Below, piece after piece: positions 35,871 to 49,457 of a DNA stretch of 64,000 nucleotides. Positions within the stretch are counted from its first letter, which is position 1, and the number at the start of each line of letters is the position of its first letter. Source of the DNA: Vicugna vicugna (Eukaryota); the NCBI GenBank assembly GCA_013265495.1, contig MU057651.1, positions 2,520,948 through 2,584,947 on the forward strand, in the 5' to 3' direction. Both the position numbers and the translations under genes were made by a program. The notes beneath the pieces were generated by a model, which was given only the letters and a program-made list of their open reading frames with translations, did no database searches and was not told where the DNA came from.

Positions 35871-36496
35871 CTGGAAAGGAAAGGCCGCAGGTTCTTAATG
35901 TGGCGGGAAAGGAGCCGCGCAGGACGTGGGATCTCCTCGGGGAGGAGGCGTGAGGACCCTGCAAGGGCGCGAGGGGACAGGCCAGCCCCCACCTCCCAAC
36001 TCCCCGAGGATCTGGAGCTAAAAATGGCTTTGGTTTTTCCTAAGAAGAATCAGGTGTGTTCCGATCCTCTCCAGGGATTCAAACGCTGCTGGGGGGCTCT
36101 GGTGCCCCCAGGATCTGGACCGTGTACCCCTCCACATGTTCCCTAACGTGTGTTGCAAACAGAAGCATCGAAGGTGAGCCTGTTTTCAGCAGCAGCCAAG
36201 TCCCTCCCTCGGGTTAAGTCAGTTCAGGAAAGAAACATGCAGACTCTTTCTGCAGGATAACATTTTTTTTTCTTTTTTCCCCAAGAAACCACCAAGCTAT
36301 TTCTACAGTGGCTGCAGCATTTTGCATTCCTGCTGGCAATTTAGAAGACTTTTCAGTTTCTCTGCATCCTTGTCAGCATTTTGAATTACAAGGCATTTAT
36401 TTTTATTTTAATTTTTAAAAATCATTCTTAAAATTTTTTTTTCCTTGCAGGTTTATTTAGGTATATTTGATACACTGCACTGTCTATGTTTTTTTG

Positions 36497-36712
36497 GTGG
36501 GGAGGTAATCAGGTTTTATTTATTTTTAATGGAGGTGCTGGGGATTGAGCCCAGGGTGTCGTGCATGCCAAGCATGCTCTAATTTTGTATTTTATTTGTT
36601 TCCAGGCTTCTGTGTTTTGTTTTAATGGAGGTACTGGGGATTGAGCCCAGGACCCCGTGCTTGCTTGGCACGCCCTCTACCACTGAGCTATATCCTCCCC
36701 CACCCCCACCCC
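36497..36712 (-). mobile_element. Two adjacent vic-1-like SINE copies (one 5'-truncated)
   Basis: Two reverse-complement copies of tttaatggaggt.ctggggattgagcccagg at about 36525 and 36621. Confidence 0.8.
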
Positions 36713-37188
36713 CCCGGCAGGATAATTTGACATCTCCCAGGAGTGGATGCAGAATCTTTAAGATCCCATTTTGAGAGGATGGAGTGTATGTTTTTGCACT
36801 TCTGGGAAGGAAAGTGCAACCTGAGAACACAAGAAGACTGGCTATCATCTCTCAGTTCTCGCAGGGAAGGACCCCAGGGGAACGGTCCACAGCACCATGG
36901 ATGCCACGGGCGAAGGGGACGGAGCCACGGTGGGAGGGGCAGCCTCTCAGTACAGCTGAGACATCTCTGGGCTCTTGAATACAGCTCGTAAACGGAGCCA
37001 CCTCGGGACACAAGCCCGAGGGGAGATGCAGGCAAGGGGAGAAGGGAGGCGGAGGAATTCGCTCCAGCAAGACCCACCTGCTGGGAAACGCAAGGCAGTG
37101 GGATGCGCGGGCCTCTCCGGGACGCACAGGCGCTCCTGGCGCCCCGGCTGGGAAGGACCGGGACTTGGGGGACGACAGCTCGACTTAC

Positions 37189-37266
37189 CACCGGCGTGGA
37201 GAACAGGGACGGCGCGGGCTTCCTCTGCTGCGGGACGCGGTAGTTCTCGTACAGGAGCACCCCGTA
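37189..37266 (-). CDS. GRB10: GRB10 exon, 78 nt, YGVLLYENYRVPQQRKPAPSLFSTPV
   Basis: ctgcag| acceptor, |gtaagt donor, phase 0/0. Confidence 0.95.
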
Positions 37267-40200
37267 CTGCAGGGAAGGGGAGGCCGGCATCGGTCACGGG
37301 GCTCGCGGGGCTCTCAGAGCCCCAGAACGTGGCAGAGCCACGGCGCCCAAGAGCCACGCGGACACAGAAGAGCAGGCACCCCCCTGCCAAGAGCCCCCTG
37401 AGCTCAAGGACCGTGACGGCCCATAACCACCAGCCCAGGCGCCTCGCTGAGTTCTCATCCTTCTGGTACCAACGCACCGATGAACTGGTCCTTCTGGTGA
37501 GTGACGGATGCCAAGGGTGGTCTTGGGGGCGCCCTGAGTCACCTGTGTGCTTATACACATATTTTTTCCCTTCTTTGGTCTTAATTTGACCATCTTTTCT
37601 TTTTTAAAGAATTCAACAATTCTATCTTTATTGTTTAATTTCTTAAAATTTTTTATTGAGTTATAGTCATTTTACAGTGTTGTGTGATCATCTTAAAACG
37701 TCTTGAAAGGGACACTTAGATCACTGATTTCAAGCCTGACTGTTTTTTTTCCCCAAAATATATTCAAGACTAAACATTTACCTCTTAAATTCAACTTTAG
37801 CTGCAGTTTGTCGTATTTCTACATTTAGCCAATTCAGAATATTTAAAAACTGTCTTCTGTATTTCATCCTTGACCTATGAGCTGTTTACCTAGCTTGCCT
37901 TTTCAGTAGGTACACAATTGTGCCTTACTGCATGGTAACTTTAATTATTATGTTTACTCTTAATTACTGAAGAAGATGAACATTTTCTGCATTTACCACC
38001 TTCAGTTCCACAGCTACGAATTCACATTTTTCTTCCTATTTACAAACCCTAGAGCCGTCAGAGTGATAGTTTAATTTGTGTAAATTCTTTAGAGTGTTTA
38101 AATATTAAGTCTTTGTGTACAAGCTACAGTATAAGTTATTTATCTTGTATTTTGTTTCTTATTTCACGGGAGTGGGTTTTAAAGAAACGTTTATAGCACC
38201 ACCAGTCTTTTTTATGTTTTCCTCCATTGCTTCAAAAGAAAGTCTGACCGTAGAAGCATTTCCCCTTCTTTTGTAATACGTTTCTCATTTCTTACATCTA
38301 ATAAATGTGACCCTCCGAAGTGATAAAGAAAGAAGGTGACAATTGCTGTCTGGCTTCTGTGTGTAAAGACACGGCAGGGATGTTTCTACATGAAGCAGAG
38401 TGTCTACTTGGCTGTGCCGAGGTGTTGCTGCTCACGTCCAGAAACATCACAGACATAACACACGTCACATTAACGCGCTAAACAACATAGCAACACAAAT
38501 AACAAAATGCCAATTCTTTCACCTTGGAATTTAAAACAAATTTTTTTTATTGAGGTATACAGTTCATTTACAACGTTGCGTTCATTTCTGGTGCACAGCA
38601 CCGTGCTGTCCTGGAATTTAATTCAACATTTAATCTTTATCTGCTTACACGAGACGGAGCCTAAGTTTAGTTCTTTGCATAGACAGTGGGAGTCATGGTC
38701 CAAAAATGCTTCCTGTTCTTGGGTTCAGCTCCAGGGACACAAAATGAGTGTAAAGTGTGCTCTGTACCCCGAGGGAGCGACAATGTTGCAGTCAACACTC
38801 AGGGAGCAACAATGTTGCAGTCAACACTCAGAGACGCGGCGATGTCACACGGGTATTAGCAGTGAGGGAACTGTGTGGCGAGGGGTGAGTCTCCACGTAA
38901 GAGGTCACGTCCGACCGGGTTCCTGATGGACAGCTCAGCCCCAGAGGCGTGCGGGTGACCCAGACCTCAGCATTCGGTGTCATTGTCACTCCAGGTTCTG
39001 TGACAGTTCACACAGCACAGAGCTTGAATACTGCTGAAAACTTCGAGAAATTCATTTTTTTTTAAATCCTTCGATTTCTCCTTCTGGGTTTCTCAGTCAA
39101 TGGTAAGGTTTTTCTGCTTTTGCAAAGACTGTCCATTTCATCTTGATTTAAAATCCAACGGTAGGTAGCTCGGCACAGGCACAGTGTGCCTTCACTGTTC
39201 CCACTAGAAAAATTTACTTTTGATGCAGTTTAGTCCCCCCGGTTTCCATCTATCGGTGCAGAGAAGAAAGGTGTCTGTTCCTGCCGTTCAGACGGTGCGG
39301 CCGGGGCTCTGCGCACACACAGGCGGTGCAGGAAGGGATGGGGCAGGGCTGGGTCCCCAAGCCGCTTCCGAGTGGCGATGCGCTCCCGAGAACCCGCCAA
39401 CGGCGGGCTGAAACAGCACCCGTGTGCTAGCGACTGGCCCGTCCGCCAGGAGTTTCTGGCCGTGCTTTGCCCTGGAGCAATGGGTTTGCTCCTCCTGGGC
39501 TCCTGGGGTTGGGTGGGACCAGAGGAGCAGGCTGGGCCAACGGCTGTGTCAAAGGGCGCGTGTCATTTACTGCGGACGGGAGACCCTCGGGCCCTGCCTT
39601 GCCTCCCCGGCATCATTCAAGACAGGGCTGCACCTGCCAGGCCCGAGTCAGTCTTTGCTGTCACAGACGCTGAGACCGGGATTCCCTGCCACTTACAAGT
39701 GATCTGATGTGCCGTCTAATTCATTCAATCTGTTAATCTATTTCAGAAGTTGCCTGAGTGGGGAAAAGGGTTCTGCTACATAAAAATAAAACTGGGAACC
39801 ACTAGATGAGACGTATCATCTTGCAGGGAAGAGGGAGGGGGAGAAGGAAGGTCTGTAGCAGGGACTTCTGTTCTGTTAGATTTCACAGAGAAATCAAACT
39901 TGGGGGCACAACACTGTAAAATGACTATAACTCAATAGAAAATGTTCAAAAAGTATGATAAATGCAAAACAAAACAAAACAAAACAAAACTTGGGGGGAA
40001 AAATCTGCGACTGTCCTAAGGCTTGGCAACTCATTTGCCAAATAAGAGAACACACACAGAGCCACAAACCAAAAGCTAACCACTGATCTACCACCGGACT
40101 GACACTATTTTATAAAATTAAGGCAATCTGAAGATGAATTGAAAAGGACAAATCTCAGGTGGAAGAATAAAGCTTTTGCCACGAGCACAGCTGGCTTAAT

Positions 40201-43200
40201 GGGAAGTTTACTGCAGTGTCCTTGCCTGTTCTGTTCCGCCACGGACTGACGAGAGGATGTGTCTCCTCGAACTGTCACCACTGAGAGGGCTGGCTTTAGG
40301 GGACCACGAGCCCGGATGGTGGGGTCCAGAGAGGCCGTGAAGTTGGGCGTGAGCGGGCAGGCAGGTGGCATCACCGGACGGGACGGCTGGACACGCCTGA
40401 GCCTGCGCCCACATCCCACCTGGGGGTCCCATGGGTGCCACCCGAGGGGCACAGAGTCCCGGCCGCCCCATCTTCTGCGACTCTCTCTCCACCTGCACTG
40501 GGTTGGGGGGGGGCGCCCGGCCCTGCTCCAGGCTCCCGGGAGGATCCCACAGGGTGACACAACATGGCAGCGAGCCTCGCCAGCGCATTGCCTCGGTTCT
40601 GCACAACCTCTCAGCCCTCCCAGACGGCTCTGCCCCCCACCCCCGGGCGCTGGGAGCCGTCCGCGGTCCAGGTGCGTCCTTCCAGACTCCGAGCGCCTGT
40701 GCCCCGGAGGCGGGGGGGGGACAGGCGCCCACGTGTCCCCGGCTGCCCTCCTGCACGTTCATCAGGCCACCTTTCCAGCGTCAGGTCGCTCGAAACGAAA
40801 GCAGCTGCTCATCACAGGACCCGGTGTTGACGGGGCAAGAGCCTTCTCTCGGGGAAGAGTTTCCACGGCCATTTAAGAACCTTCCAGAAGACGGCGGGTC
40901 ACTAACGAAGTGTTCATACTCCTTGCGCAGCCTCCAAATATCTATGAAGTTATTTACGCGACAATGCAATAGGGAGGTGGTGGAATAAAGCGGGGTCATA
41001 TCTGCCGGCTTGATGCCCTGAGAGTCCCTGTAAGTTGAGCAGTTTTCTCCTCTGCAGGCTTAGGTTATAATTTCTTTTTCTTTTCTTTTTTTTTTTAAGG
41101 AACTATACTTGTGTTGGTGCTTAAAGGCACAGGAAGGCACCAGGTTAATTCAAAGCAAGCCTTTCCTCTCAAAAAAGCCCTGGGATTTTCACGTGATCCA
41201 AATGGCTACAGTGATATTAACCACCATGCAGACCTCATTCCTGGACGGAGCTGGGGACAGTGCAAAGGCAGAGCGTCAGGGGCCCGGGGTCCCCAGGCTG
41301 ACGTCGGTTCTGAAGCTAAGAATCTGGCGTGGATCTTCCACGTCCTCCACGCGTGGACACGGCACATCTGACCCACTTATGGGGACCAGGGTGTCGGAGA
41401 GTCACAGCTGGGAGCGACCTCTCGTCACGTACTGTGGGCAGGAGCTTCCCATCAACCACAAAAGGATGCGACACAGCGGTGCCCGGGTCTGTGCCGGCCA
41501 GACCCCCTTGGAGGCCCAAGACCTGGACCCGTGAGGTGGCGCAGAATCCTAGCCCGGACCCCCACCGGCCGACTCTGCCAGCCCTGGCAGGGGTGCCGTC
41601 GTGGGCTGACTCCCGGGACGTCGCCAGGCAAGGCGAGAGGCAGTTTCCAAAAAGTAAAGGTCAAAGCCACAGACGGGAGTCTGGGCTGGTCCCCACTTCC
41701 GTTCAGTTCAAATTCTCTGAGCATCCACTGAGTTCTGAGCACCAGGCCACCCCAGCCCTGAGGATCTGGGGGGCAGCCAGGCTGGGTGGTGCCCGGACCC
41801 GGGAGCAGGCCCAGGGCGAGCACGGGGAGGTGGGCAGCGGGACGCCCTCCTGGTCAGGTCCTCGCAGCCTGTGGACTGACTACTGCCCTGTCTCCCTGCC
41901 CAGGAGGCAGCTGGGGATCCTTCAAAGGGTGTCAATCCCTGGTACAAAATACACCTTGTTCCCAAGGCAACGGGCGGGTGCATTGCATGGAACCCGGTCT
42001 TCGAATCATGCTTTCCCTTCGGAACAAGGCAGTTCGAGCCGGGGCCGGGACGGAGGACACTTGCACATCTGGGAGGAGCGCTCACGCCGGGATGCTGCTG
42101 CTGGCTGCTCGGCAGGGGCGGGAGGCCCCGGGGCGTCACCAGCCGGGATGGGGAGGCGTAACCCTACTGCTGTGTCCAGTGAGACGGGCTCCAGGTCCTG
42201 CGGCGGCCACATGGCGGGCTCCAGGTCCTGCAGGAGTGGCACTTGGCGAAGTGGAGGCCATGGCGACGGGTGTCAGGTCTGCCCTCTGCACTGCGATGGT
42301 GGTCACCCGTGTGCATCACAGGGCTGCGTGAGGAGCTGATGAGTGAGACGTGATGCCCGGGCCACGGTCCACGCTCTGAAACACCCACGATGTCGCACTA
42401 GCATTTTACTGGACACGTGCTGCTGGCACCGATGATGAACCCCGTCCTCATCACTGCTAGGAGCTCGGCCGCTCCCGTCTGTGCCCAGTTACGTGATGAC
42501 CACACCCAGGGAGACCCCCGCCCTCCTCATGCACAGCTTCCCTGCTGGCTTTTTCCCAGACAGATTATATACTTGCAGACGAAAAAAAAAAATCACACAA
42601 ACATATAAAACCTTACAGGTTCCCCTCCCCTGCTGCCCCGTCTACACCCCAGGGTAGCCCTTCATCTTCCCCTGAAGTCTCGTGTTTACACGCATGCCAG
42701 CAAATCAAACAGGCACTTCCACGTCTCCTCGCCCCCCCACAATAAAGGGAGCGAACACACCCACTTTCTGCACGCTGCTTTTCGTTAATAATGTCTCCTG
42801 GAAGTTCCCCCACGAGAGAACCCAGGGGAAAGCTGACTCCCCACCCAGCGGCAGAGGACGCCCCCAAACGCCTCCCCGGTGACTCACAGGACGCCTCTCC
42901 GGCTGAAGGTCACTTGGGCTGAAACCAGCTTGTAAAGGAGCATCCTTTACATTCCTTCTTCTCTTACAAGAGTGATACTTAAATTTTGTGGACGTCGGGG
43001 CCCTAAGAGGTTCCGGACACGCGGGGTGTCTGCATGCCGAGGGACATCCTCAAGGTGAGGTGCCCCCACTGCTGCGCACTGAGCGTCTGATGAAGAGCGT
43101 ACGAAGCTGCCCTGGCGTTACCGTCACACTGTAAGGTGTCCCTTCTAGAACTTACTGTCAGGAGACCTGCGCCTGGGGACACCTGGTGATGTCCAGAGGT

Positions 43201-43496
43201 GCTTTTGGTGGCGGGTGTTATGGGCGTCTCGTGGGAGAGCCAGGGAGCTGCCAAGTGTCCTACACGGCGCAGGACAACCCGCCGCCCCGGCCCCCGACGC
43301 CAGCAGGGCCGAAGTGGGGAGCTGGCTCCCACCCCCCTGATGTTACGCCTCTGTGAGAAGCCTCTGAAACACTGGGCAAAGTGTGTGGGGACCCTGGATG
43401 ACCAGAGCATGGAGACCACACACGGGGGGGGTGGGGGACGGGCACCTTCCCGGGGAGACGCGGGCTCATGCACGTGGCCGCGGGGCACGCGCGTAC

Positions 43497-43595
43497 CTTG
43501 AGGAGCCTGAATGCCGTCATCCAGCACGTCCTGCCCTGCTCGTCCTCGGCGCAGAGCAACCGCAGCTCCTTGGCCTCGCTCCTGACTTTGTTCGG
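43497..43595 (-). CDS. GRB10: GRB10 exon, 99 nt, PH domain C-terminus [33 protein letters not shown]
   Basis: cttcag| acceptor, |gtacgc donor; conserved PH helix W-x-x-A-F-R. Confidence 0.97.
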
Positions 43596-44966
43596 CTGAA
43601 GGAAATAGAGCAAGACCCAGTGAACGTGACACAGGGGCGCAGAGCAGCCCCCACCCCGCCCCTGGCGCGCAACCAGCGGGGGGTCCCGGGAACATGGCAG
43701 GTGCGCGCACAGCATCAAGCGCCGCTCACCGCCCCGCCGTCCCCCTGACAGTGGATCTCCAGGGGGACAAACAGGGAAGCAAGCCATCCTGAGGAGGTGG
43801 CGGGTGTCACGGGGACAAGGGGGACTCTAAATGTGGGGAGGGGAGCCTGCTCCCCGCTCCTGGGTTCCAGAAGGACCCAGCTCCACAGCTTCCCTCCCGG
43901 GAAGACGGAGGAGGCAGCTGCATGGAGGGCCATGTGGGGTTAGCCGGTGAGGGGAGAAGCCCCAGGGGGTGCAGGGGAGCTTGAGGGGCCCCAAGGATGG
44001 ACCCGCTGGAAGGGAGTGACACCACGGGAGCCCCTGGACCCAGACCCGAGGGGCAGTGCTGGGGTGGACACAGGCCCAGCTCCCCACTTCGGAATCTGGG
44101 TGGGGGGGACCCCGAGGGAGCAGAGTGACAGCCCCTGCGTGGGGTGACCTGGGGAAGCCAGCTCTGCAGTGCAGGGGCCGGTTGGAAGGGAGAGCCCCCA
44201 GCTCCCGGCTCGGCCCCCGCCGAGGCCGCTTCCCACTGGCGCCCAGTGCACCTCGGGCCATTAGCAGGTCTGCCTCCTACTCCTTGCACCCAAAGAAGCA
44301 GATGGCAGGCATTTAGCACAGAACGGGCTCCTTGTGCCCCGTCTCCTCCTCGGGACGGGGTCGAGCGCTGGCTCGGACATGGGCCACGGGGCTGGGTCAG
44401 TTCCCACCCTGGAGCTCCTGGGAAGACTCAAGAGGACGGACGTCAGAGTCCTAGCAGAGCATCCCGTGTGCAGCAGGCATTGGGTACAGACCTGCCAACG
44501 CGATGACCAGCCTGACCACGGCCTCGCCCGGGAGAAGAGGGGGCCCTGCCCACAGAGGCAGGTGTGTATGTGTGCATGGGCATGCACACAGTCTACACGC
44601 ATGCACACACACACGTGCATGCGTACACACGTGTTGTGTGTGCACGTCTGAGTGAGTCGGCGCTCTGGTCACCGATCCACTGTCCCCGTGGCTGGAAGCC
44701 CACACCGAAGGCGTCAGCCCGCTCAGCTCCCTGGGGGCCACAGGGTGACAGGCTGGGGGTCGCCGAGCCACTGGACCCCCCGTCACATCCTCTGCTCTTC
44801 CCTGAGCTTCTAAGCCACCCCAGGACCAACACATCATATGCACACAAGAAACATTTTCACAGGAATGGATAAATCCAGCAAGAGCCGGAGGTCACCGGTT
44901 CGAGCCCAGTGCCTGGGGCGTGCAGATGCTCAAGGACTCTCTCTGGAAGGGCGGCGGGCGGCGTAC

Positions 44967-45077
44967 CTTTATGCAGAAGCCGAAGTCCGTCGGGGCGCCG
45001 TACTGCTTCCGGCCGGCAGTCAGGGAGAACACGCCACTGTCCTCCAGGTCGGCCAGCAGCTGCAGGTGCCGGGGCTC
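44967..45077 (-). CDS. GRB10: GRB10 exon, 111 nt, PH domain [37 protein letters not shown]
   Basis: ccgcag| acceptor, |gtacgc donor, phase 0/0; translated by hand. Confidence 0.96.
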
Positions 45078-46112
45078 CTGCGGGAGGGGGTCAGGTTGAC
45101 GCGGGGGGACGGCTCAGCGCAGCCACGGGCCGCCGCCTCCCCTCTGAGGTCCGTCCGCCGCTCAGAACCACCGTGGAGAGCAAGTGCGACATTAAAACCA
45201 CATCCTCCCAGCCCCCCCCTCCAGTTTGCAGACAGAAGGCTGCCCCATCCAAGCTCCAGGGGCCTGACATTCAAAGGGAAAACCAGGAGAAGGCGTGGAA
45301 GCCCAGGTCCCAGGGCACACGCTCGAATGTGGGAGCCGCACGGCGCTGCGATGCGGGGCGCTCTGAATCCAACTGTCCCGTCACCGCTCGCCGCGCGCCC
45401 TCCTCCCCGACCCCCCAGCCCACCCCTGGGTTCAGCCCGGTGGAGGACGGAGCCTCACGTGCTCATCCGAACTCGGCCATTAGGAGGTTGCCCTTCCTCC
45501 CTGCGCAGGTGAAGACCCCACCAGCAGAGGGACACGCTCAGTGAACTCGGACGTGACAGGGAGGAACAGGTCAGAGGGGCCAAGACCCCAAAGAAGACCC
45601 CAGCAAGGCAAGCCTGCGATGCCCCAACTGTCTTCACAGGCATGCAGCTGCCTTCCATCCCTCCCTTCCTCTCCCCACCGGGGATACACGCAAAACCGCA
45701 GTTTTTTTCTGCAAAGCGTCTGCAGTCCCGTGCATCAGATCGCCACGAGGGTGGCAGTGATCTATTTATTCCATGTCCTTCAGGCCAGCGAGGATGCCAG
45801 CTTCCAAAGGATGGAAATGAAGTCCGCACCTTCCAAGGGACTCAAGGCAGCCGGGAGGCTCTGCTCCCCAGCCCCCCGAGGGGCCCAGGCTGGCCAGCAT
45901 CGTGGTGACAGTGGGATGACGCAGCCTGGGGATTCCCAGGGCTGTGTCATCACCCGGTTTCCCCCATAGAGAGGCAGACCAGCCATCTGAGCTGTCACAC
46001 CACCGTCACCGAGCCGTGAGCCTGGAGGAGCCTCAGATGCATCCGGAGCGGAGCCCGCGCCTCCCCTGACGCCTCCCGGCCTCCCAGACTCCCCGCTCTA
46101 ATTAGGGCTCAC

Positions 46113-46250
46113 CTTCGACGCTCCCTTCGTGGAATGGTAGAGGCCGGACCTCCGCAAACAAACGTACAGCTTCTTCCAGGACCTGCGCCCCAGCTCCCTC
46201 ACGTGCAAAAACCCCTGGATTTCAGGGCAGCTGCTGGCATTCAGAAAAGT
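46113..46250 (-). CDS. GRB10: GRB10 exon, 138 nt, PH domain N-terminus [46 protein letters not shown]
   Basis: cgacag| acceptor, |gtgagc donor, phase 0/0; SWKK..LRRSGLY motif of GRB7-family PH domains. Confidence 0.97.
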
Positions 46251-47445
46251 CTGTCGAAGGGCAAACGTTACGGATCAGATGGCGCCGACGGCAGAGGACT
46301 AACATCGATACGTTCCTGGCGTGACTCACACTGAAATATCCGACCAATGACTAAGATGCTCCTATTTTGGGTCAAACTGAGTGTTTTCAAAGGACCGCTT
46401 TCCCTTCAGAAGTCTTAAAAATCCCGTCAAAACTGGCGTCGCCTAGAACGTAATTAGGGTTTAAACACCCTCAAGCAAGCGGACCTGACACTGACGAGAA
46501 CTGCAGCGTCCTAACTCCCCGAACGAGACGGTACGTGTTAAGGATCCTGCTGTTCATTTTGGGTCTCCGTGAAATACGAAGTCTGACCACCAGAGCTGGG
46601 GCAGACAGAGGGCTGGGAGAGGCCCCCGGCCCCGTCACTGTCGCCACGTCCCCGCCAGCGGAAGCTGTGTGACCGTGTCTGTCTGCACGAGACCCCTCCG
46701 GGAACGCCCCCCCCCGTCCCAGCTAACTCTTTCCACAGCCAGCACCCCCTTCTCCGGGCAGGAGAGGTCGGGGGGCCAGGTCTGGGAGCCGGAAGGCCAC
46801 GGGTGACCTTGGTGGGTCCCCTCCACTGACTCAGAAGGAGTCAGTTCACTGTCTCACGTGCTCTGTTCAGAGACACGTTCCTAGGGGCGCAGGGCAATAC
46901 CCCCGACTTCCCTGGGAGAGGCTGCAAGTGTGGGGACGCACCTGCTGGCCCGTCCGCTAGAGGGGGCGGGAGGGGAAGGGCCGGGTTTTCTTGGAACAGA
47001 CTTTAGAACGCCAGGAGACCATTCAGACAGGGGTCCTTATCTTTAAAGCACAATAAATTACTTTCAAAAGGATTTTACGGCCACCCAATCTTTTTTTTTT
47101 TTTTTGCTATAAAGTGGACCAAGTACTTTCGTAGGGGTTTCCAGGGATGTGTGCTTGGAGGAGGGAGGGTAGCTGGGGGCCTCCCAGGGAACACAGGAGC
47201 CGGGAGCTTCTCCTGGGAACGCCCAGCCCTACTGCCTCTAAGTCAGTTTATTTTGTTTATAAATTCTTGCTTCGCTTTGAAGGCGCCCGGCTACACAGAG
47301 CTTTCCCGGGTAACGTTTGCATCTGGTTACTCTAAAGCCCCCTGGGACCCCAGGCGCACAGGTGAGGAAGAACGCGGTTGCTCCCACGTTTGACAAGGCC
47401 ACCGAGCACTGCTCGAGGGATTTGCAGTGCAGAGGCCCCCCGTAC

Positions 47446-47514
47446 CTGCAGGAGCTGGCTCTGACTGCCGTTTGACTGCTGGCACCAGGTCACCATCTGC
47501 TCTGGGAAGAAATT
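47446..47514 (-). CDS. GRB10: GRB10 exon, 69 nt, [23 protein letters not shown]
   Basis: tcctag| acceptor, |gtacgg donor, phase 0/0. Confidence 0.95.
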
Positions 47515-48462
47515 CTAGGACGTGGGAAAACAAACAGGTTCCAGGTCAGTTTCAATGCCAGGATTAAAAACATCACGATGAGCAGTGTTTGTGTTTAAAA
47601 TGACGGTCTGTTTTATGGCTTTGTCACACACGGGAAACAGAAGCGGAAACAAATCAGTGAGCCTCAACGCAGAGGCGAAAGGATGCATCTGTCCTTAAAG
47701 GCGGGATCAAGCCTGGAGCGTCTATTACGTGCACTGACTCACACAGGGTGCGCCAGCGCAGAGGGCTGCCGAGCGCACGGACTCAAGAGACACAGGTGCA
47801 CGGCACGGGAGGAGGGCCTGTCAGAACTAGGAGATGATCCCACGGACAGAAAGAGGCCTTTTCTGGTGCGCTGCCCAAAAGAACTCATCACATTTCTTCC
47901 TTTCAATAAAAGCAGCAGCTGGACCATCAGAACCAGGTCTTGCTCCCCAGTCACCACCGCTGGGTCTCAGGATGAGGATGGGGTGCGTGCAGGTACCCAC
48001 GAGGGTCCCCGCCCTACTCTCCTACAATGCAGGCATCCCGCCCTCGGAAACATAGAAAAACCAGAGAGACCAGTTCAACATGCCTCGTGTTCATTTCCAG
48101 ACTTACTCCTCCGCAGATCACCCCAAAACGGTATTTTCTATTTGCAGAGAAGAGCGAGTTTTTATTTGGCCGAGTATCTGACCAAGTGGCTCCAATCTAA
48201 CAAAGACCTTCCAGTATAACTGAAACAGCCCGCCCTTCTCCTGTCTCTCCGTTTGGAGACCAACCCCTCGTCCCACCGTGGCTGATGGTTATTCTCGGCC
48301 GGTGCAAACATGCTGAACTAAGTTTCAGAGACGGAGTTTCGAGCAAGTTAAAAAGCAGCTCAGGTTCTCAAACGCCACCCGCCACCCGCCAGTCAGTCAT
48401 CGTGTGATCGGCTACGAAGGAACTCAGGTTCCAAACCCCACATCCCAAGCCACGAGACTCAC

Positions 48463-48578
48463 CGTGGGGTTCTTGAAGAATTCATATTTTGCGTAATTCT
48501 TCCGGAATAAAAATTTACTTTCGCTTGCCATGGTGCCCTCCACCTGCACCACCAGCTCATGGTCTTCCAAGCACCGCT
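48463..48578 (-). CDS. GRB10: GRB10 exon, 116 nt, RA domain C-terminus (E)[38 protein letters not shown]
   Basis: ccgcag| acceptor, |gtgagt donor, phase 1/0; ERCLEDHE and FRKNYAKY motifs. Confidence 0.97.
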
Positions 48579-49457
48579 CTGCGGAGGAAAAGTGCCACGT
48601 GGTGAGAGAGCCCTCAGGACACCTTCACAGCCAGCTGCAAACCTGGGTGACTTTCTGTGCTTTAAACATCGCAAGGGAGGGTGGGGTCAACAGCTCAGGT
48701 GAACTGAAATCCCCCTTTAACGCGTCACCAAAGGCATAAGAGGTCTTGGAGGAGGAATTCAGGTCAGCCCTTAATTTTACGTTATTTCTCAATTTGGCAG
48801 CAACGAAGCATCAAGAAAGACTCTGAGTGAGTGATTCTGCCTTTAAATGAAGGACTTTCAGCTCTTGGAAAGAACACAGACGGTAAAATTTGGGAAAACA
48901 CCCAAAGATAAAGAACGGTGGGAGGGCTCTGAGCAAAGAGGCTGTCCAGGCAGGTGGGGAAGGGCTTTTCCACTAAAGTCAGTTGCCTAAAAGGGCGTCA
49001 GGGAGCAAGAAGGGGAGGCGGCCGGGCGACAACGGCGCACATCCGCCTGGAAGCCGGATACACCCCAGGGCTGTCCTCACAGCCCGGTTGTGTTGTTGGG
49101 ATGGAAACACATACTGGACAGCACTCGTGCAAACGTGCTCACACGCACGCACACGCTTCAGTGCGTCACCGCGGGGAGGCATTTCCCGCACATTCTGAAC
49201 AGCCTGGTTCCACGTGGAGCACGAGGTCCTGGACTCGGCTCTGCTCTGCTTTGATGGTGTGACACCCACCCCCCGCCCCTCGCCACCACCGTGTCTCCTC
49301 AAAGCTGCTGTCCCGGGGCCACGGGGAACCAGGCTGGTCACACAGCGGGGTGAACCACAGCAGCAAACCCATGGCAGCGTCAACGTGCGAGCTGACGCCG
49401 AAAGGTAGGGGAGGAGATGCTATGGAAGGGACCCACCAGGGCCCTGTCGGCCCTTCG

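Noticed and set aside
38772..38830. Short two-copy direct repeat (agggagc.acaatgttgcagtcaacactc); similar pairs near 27497-27580 and 42185-42231
   Set aside because: Ordinary local duplications with no sign of function.
41329..42339. 336-aa plus-strand ORF, and similar long ORFs (26180-27073, 52803-53660, 7886-8641, 63342-63989)
   Set aside because: Low-complexity G/A/R/P-rich translations with no recognisable domain, many starting at non-ATG codons; expected by chance in GC-rich introns and UTRs.
46945..46970. CTCF-like words (ccgctagagggggcg here; others near 34668, 46272, 55780)
   Set aside because: Each has two or more mismatches to the core consensus in GC-rich sequence; cannot be called without a matrix scan or ChIP.
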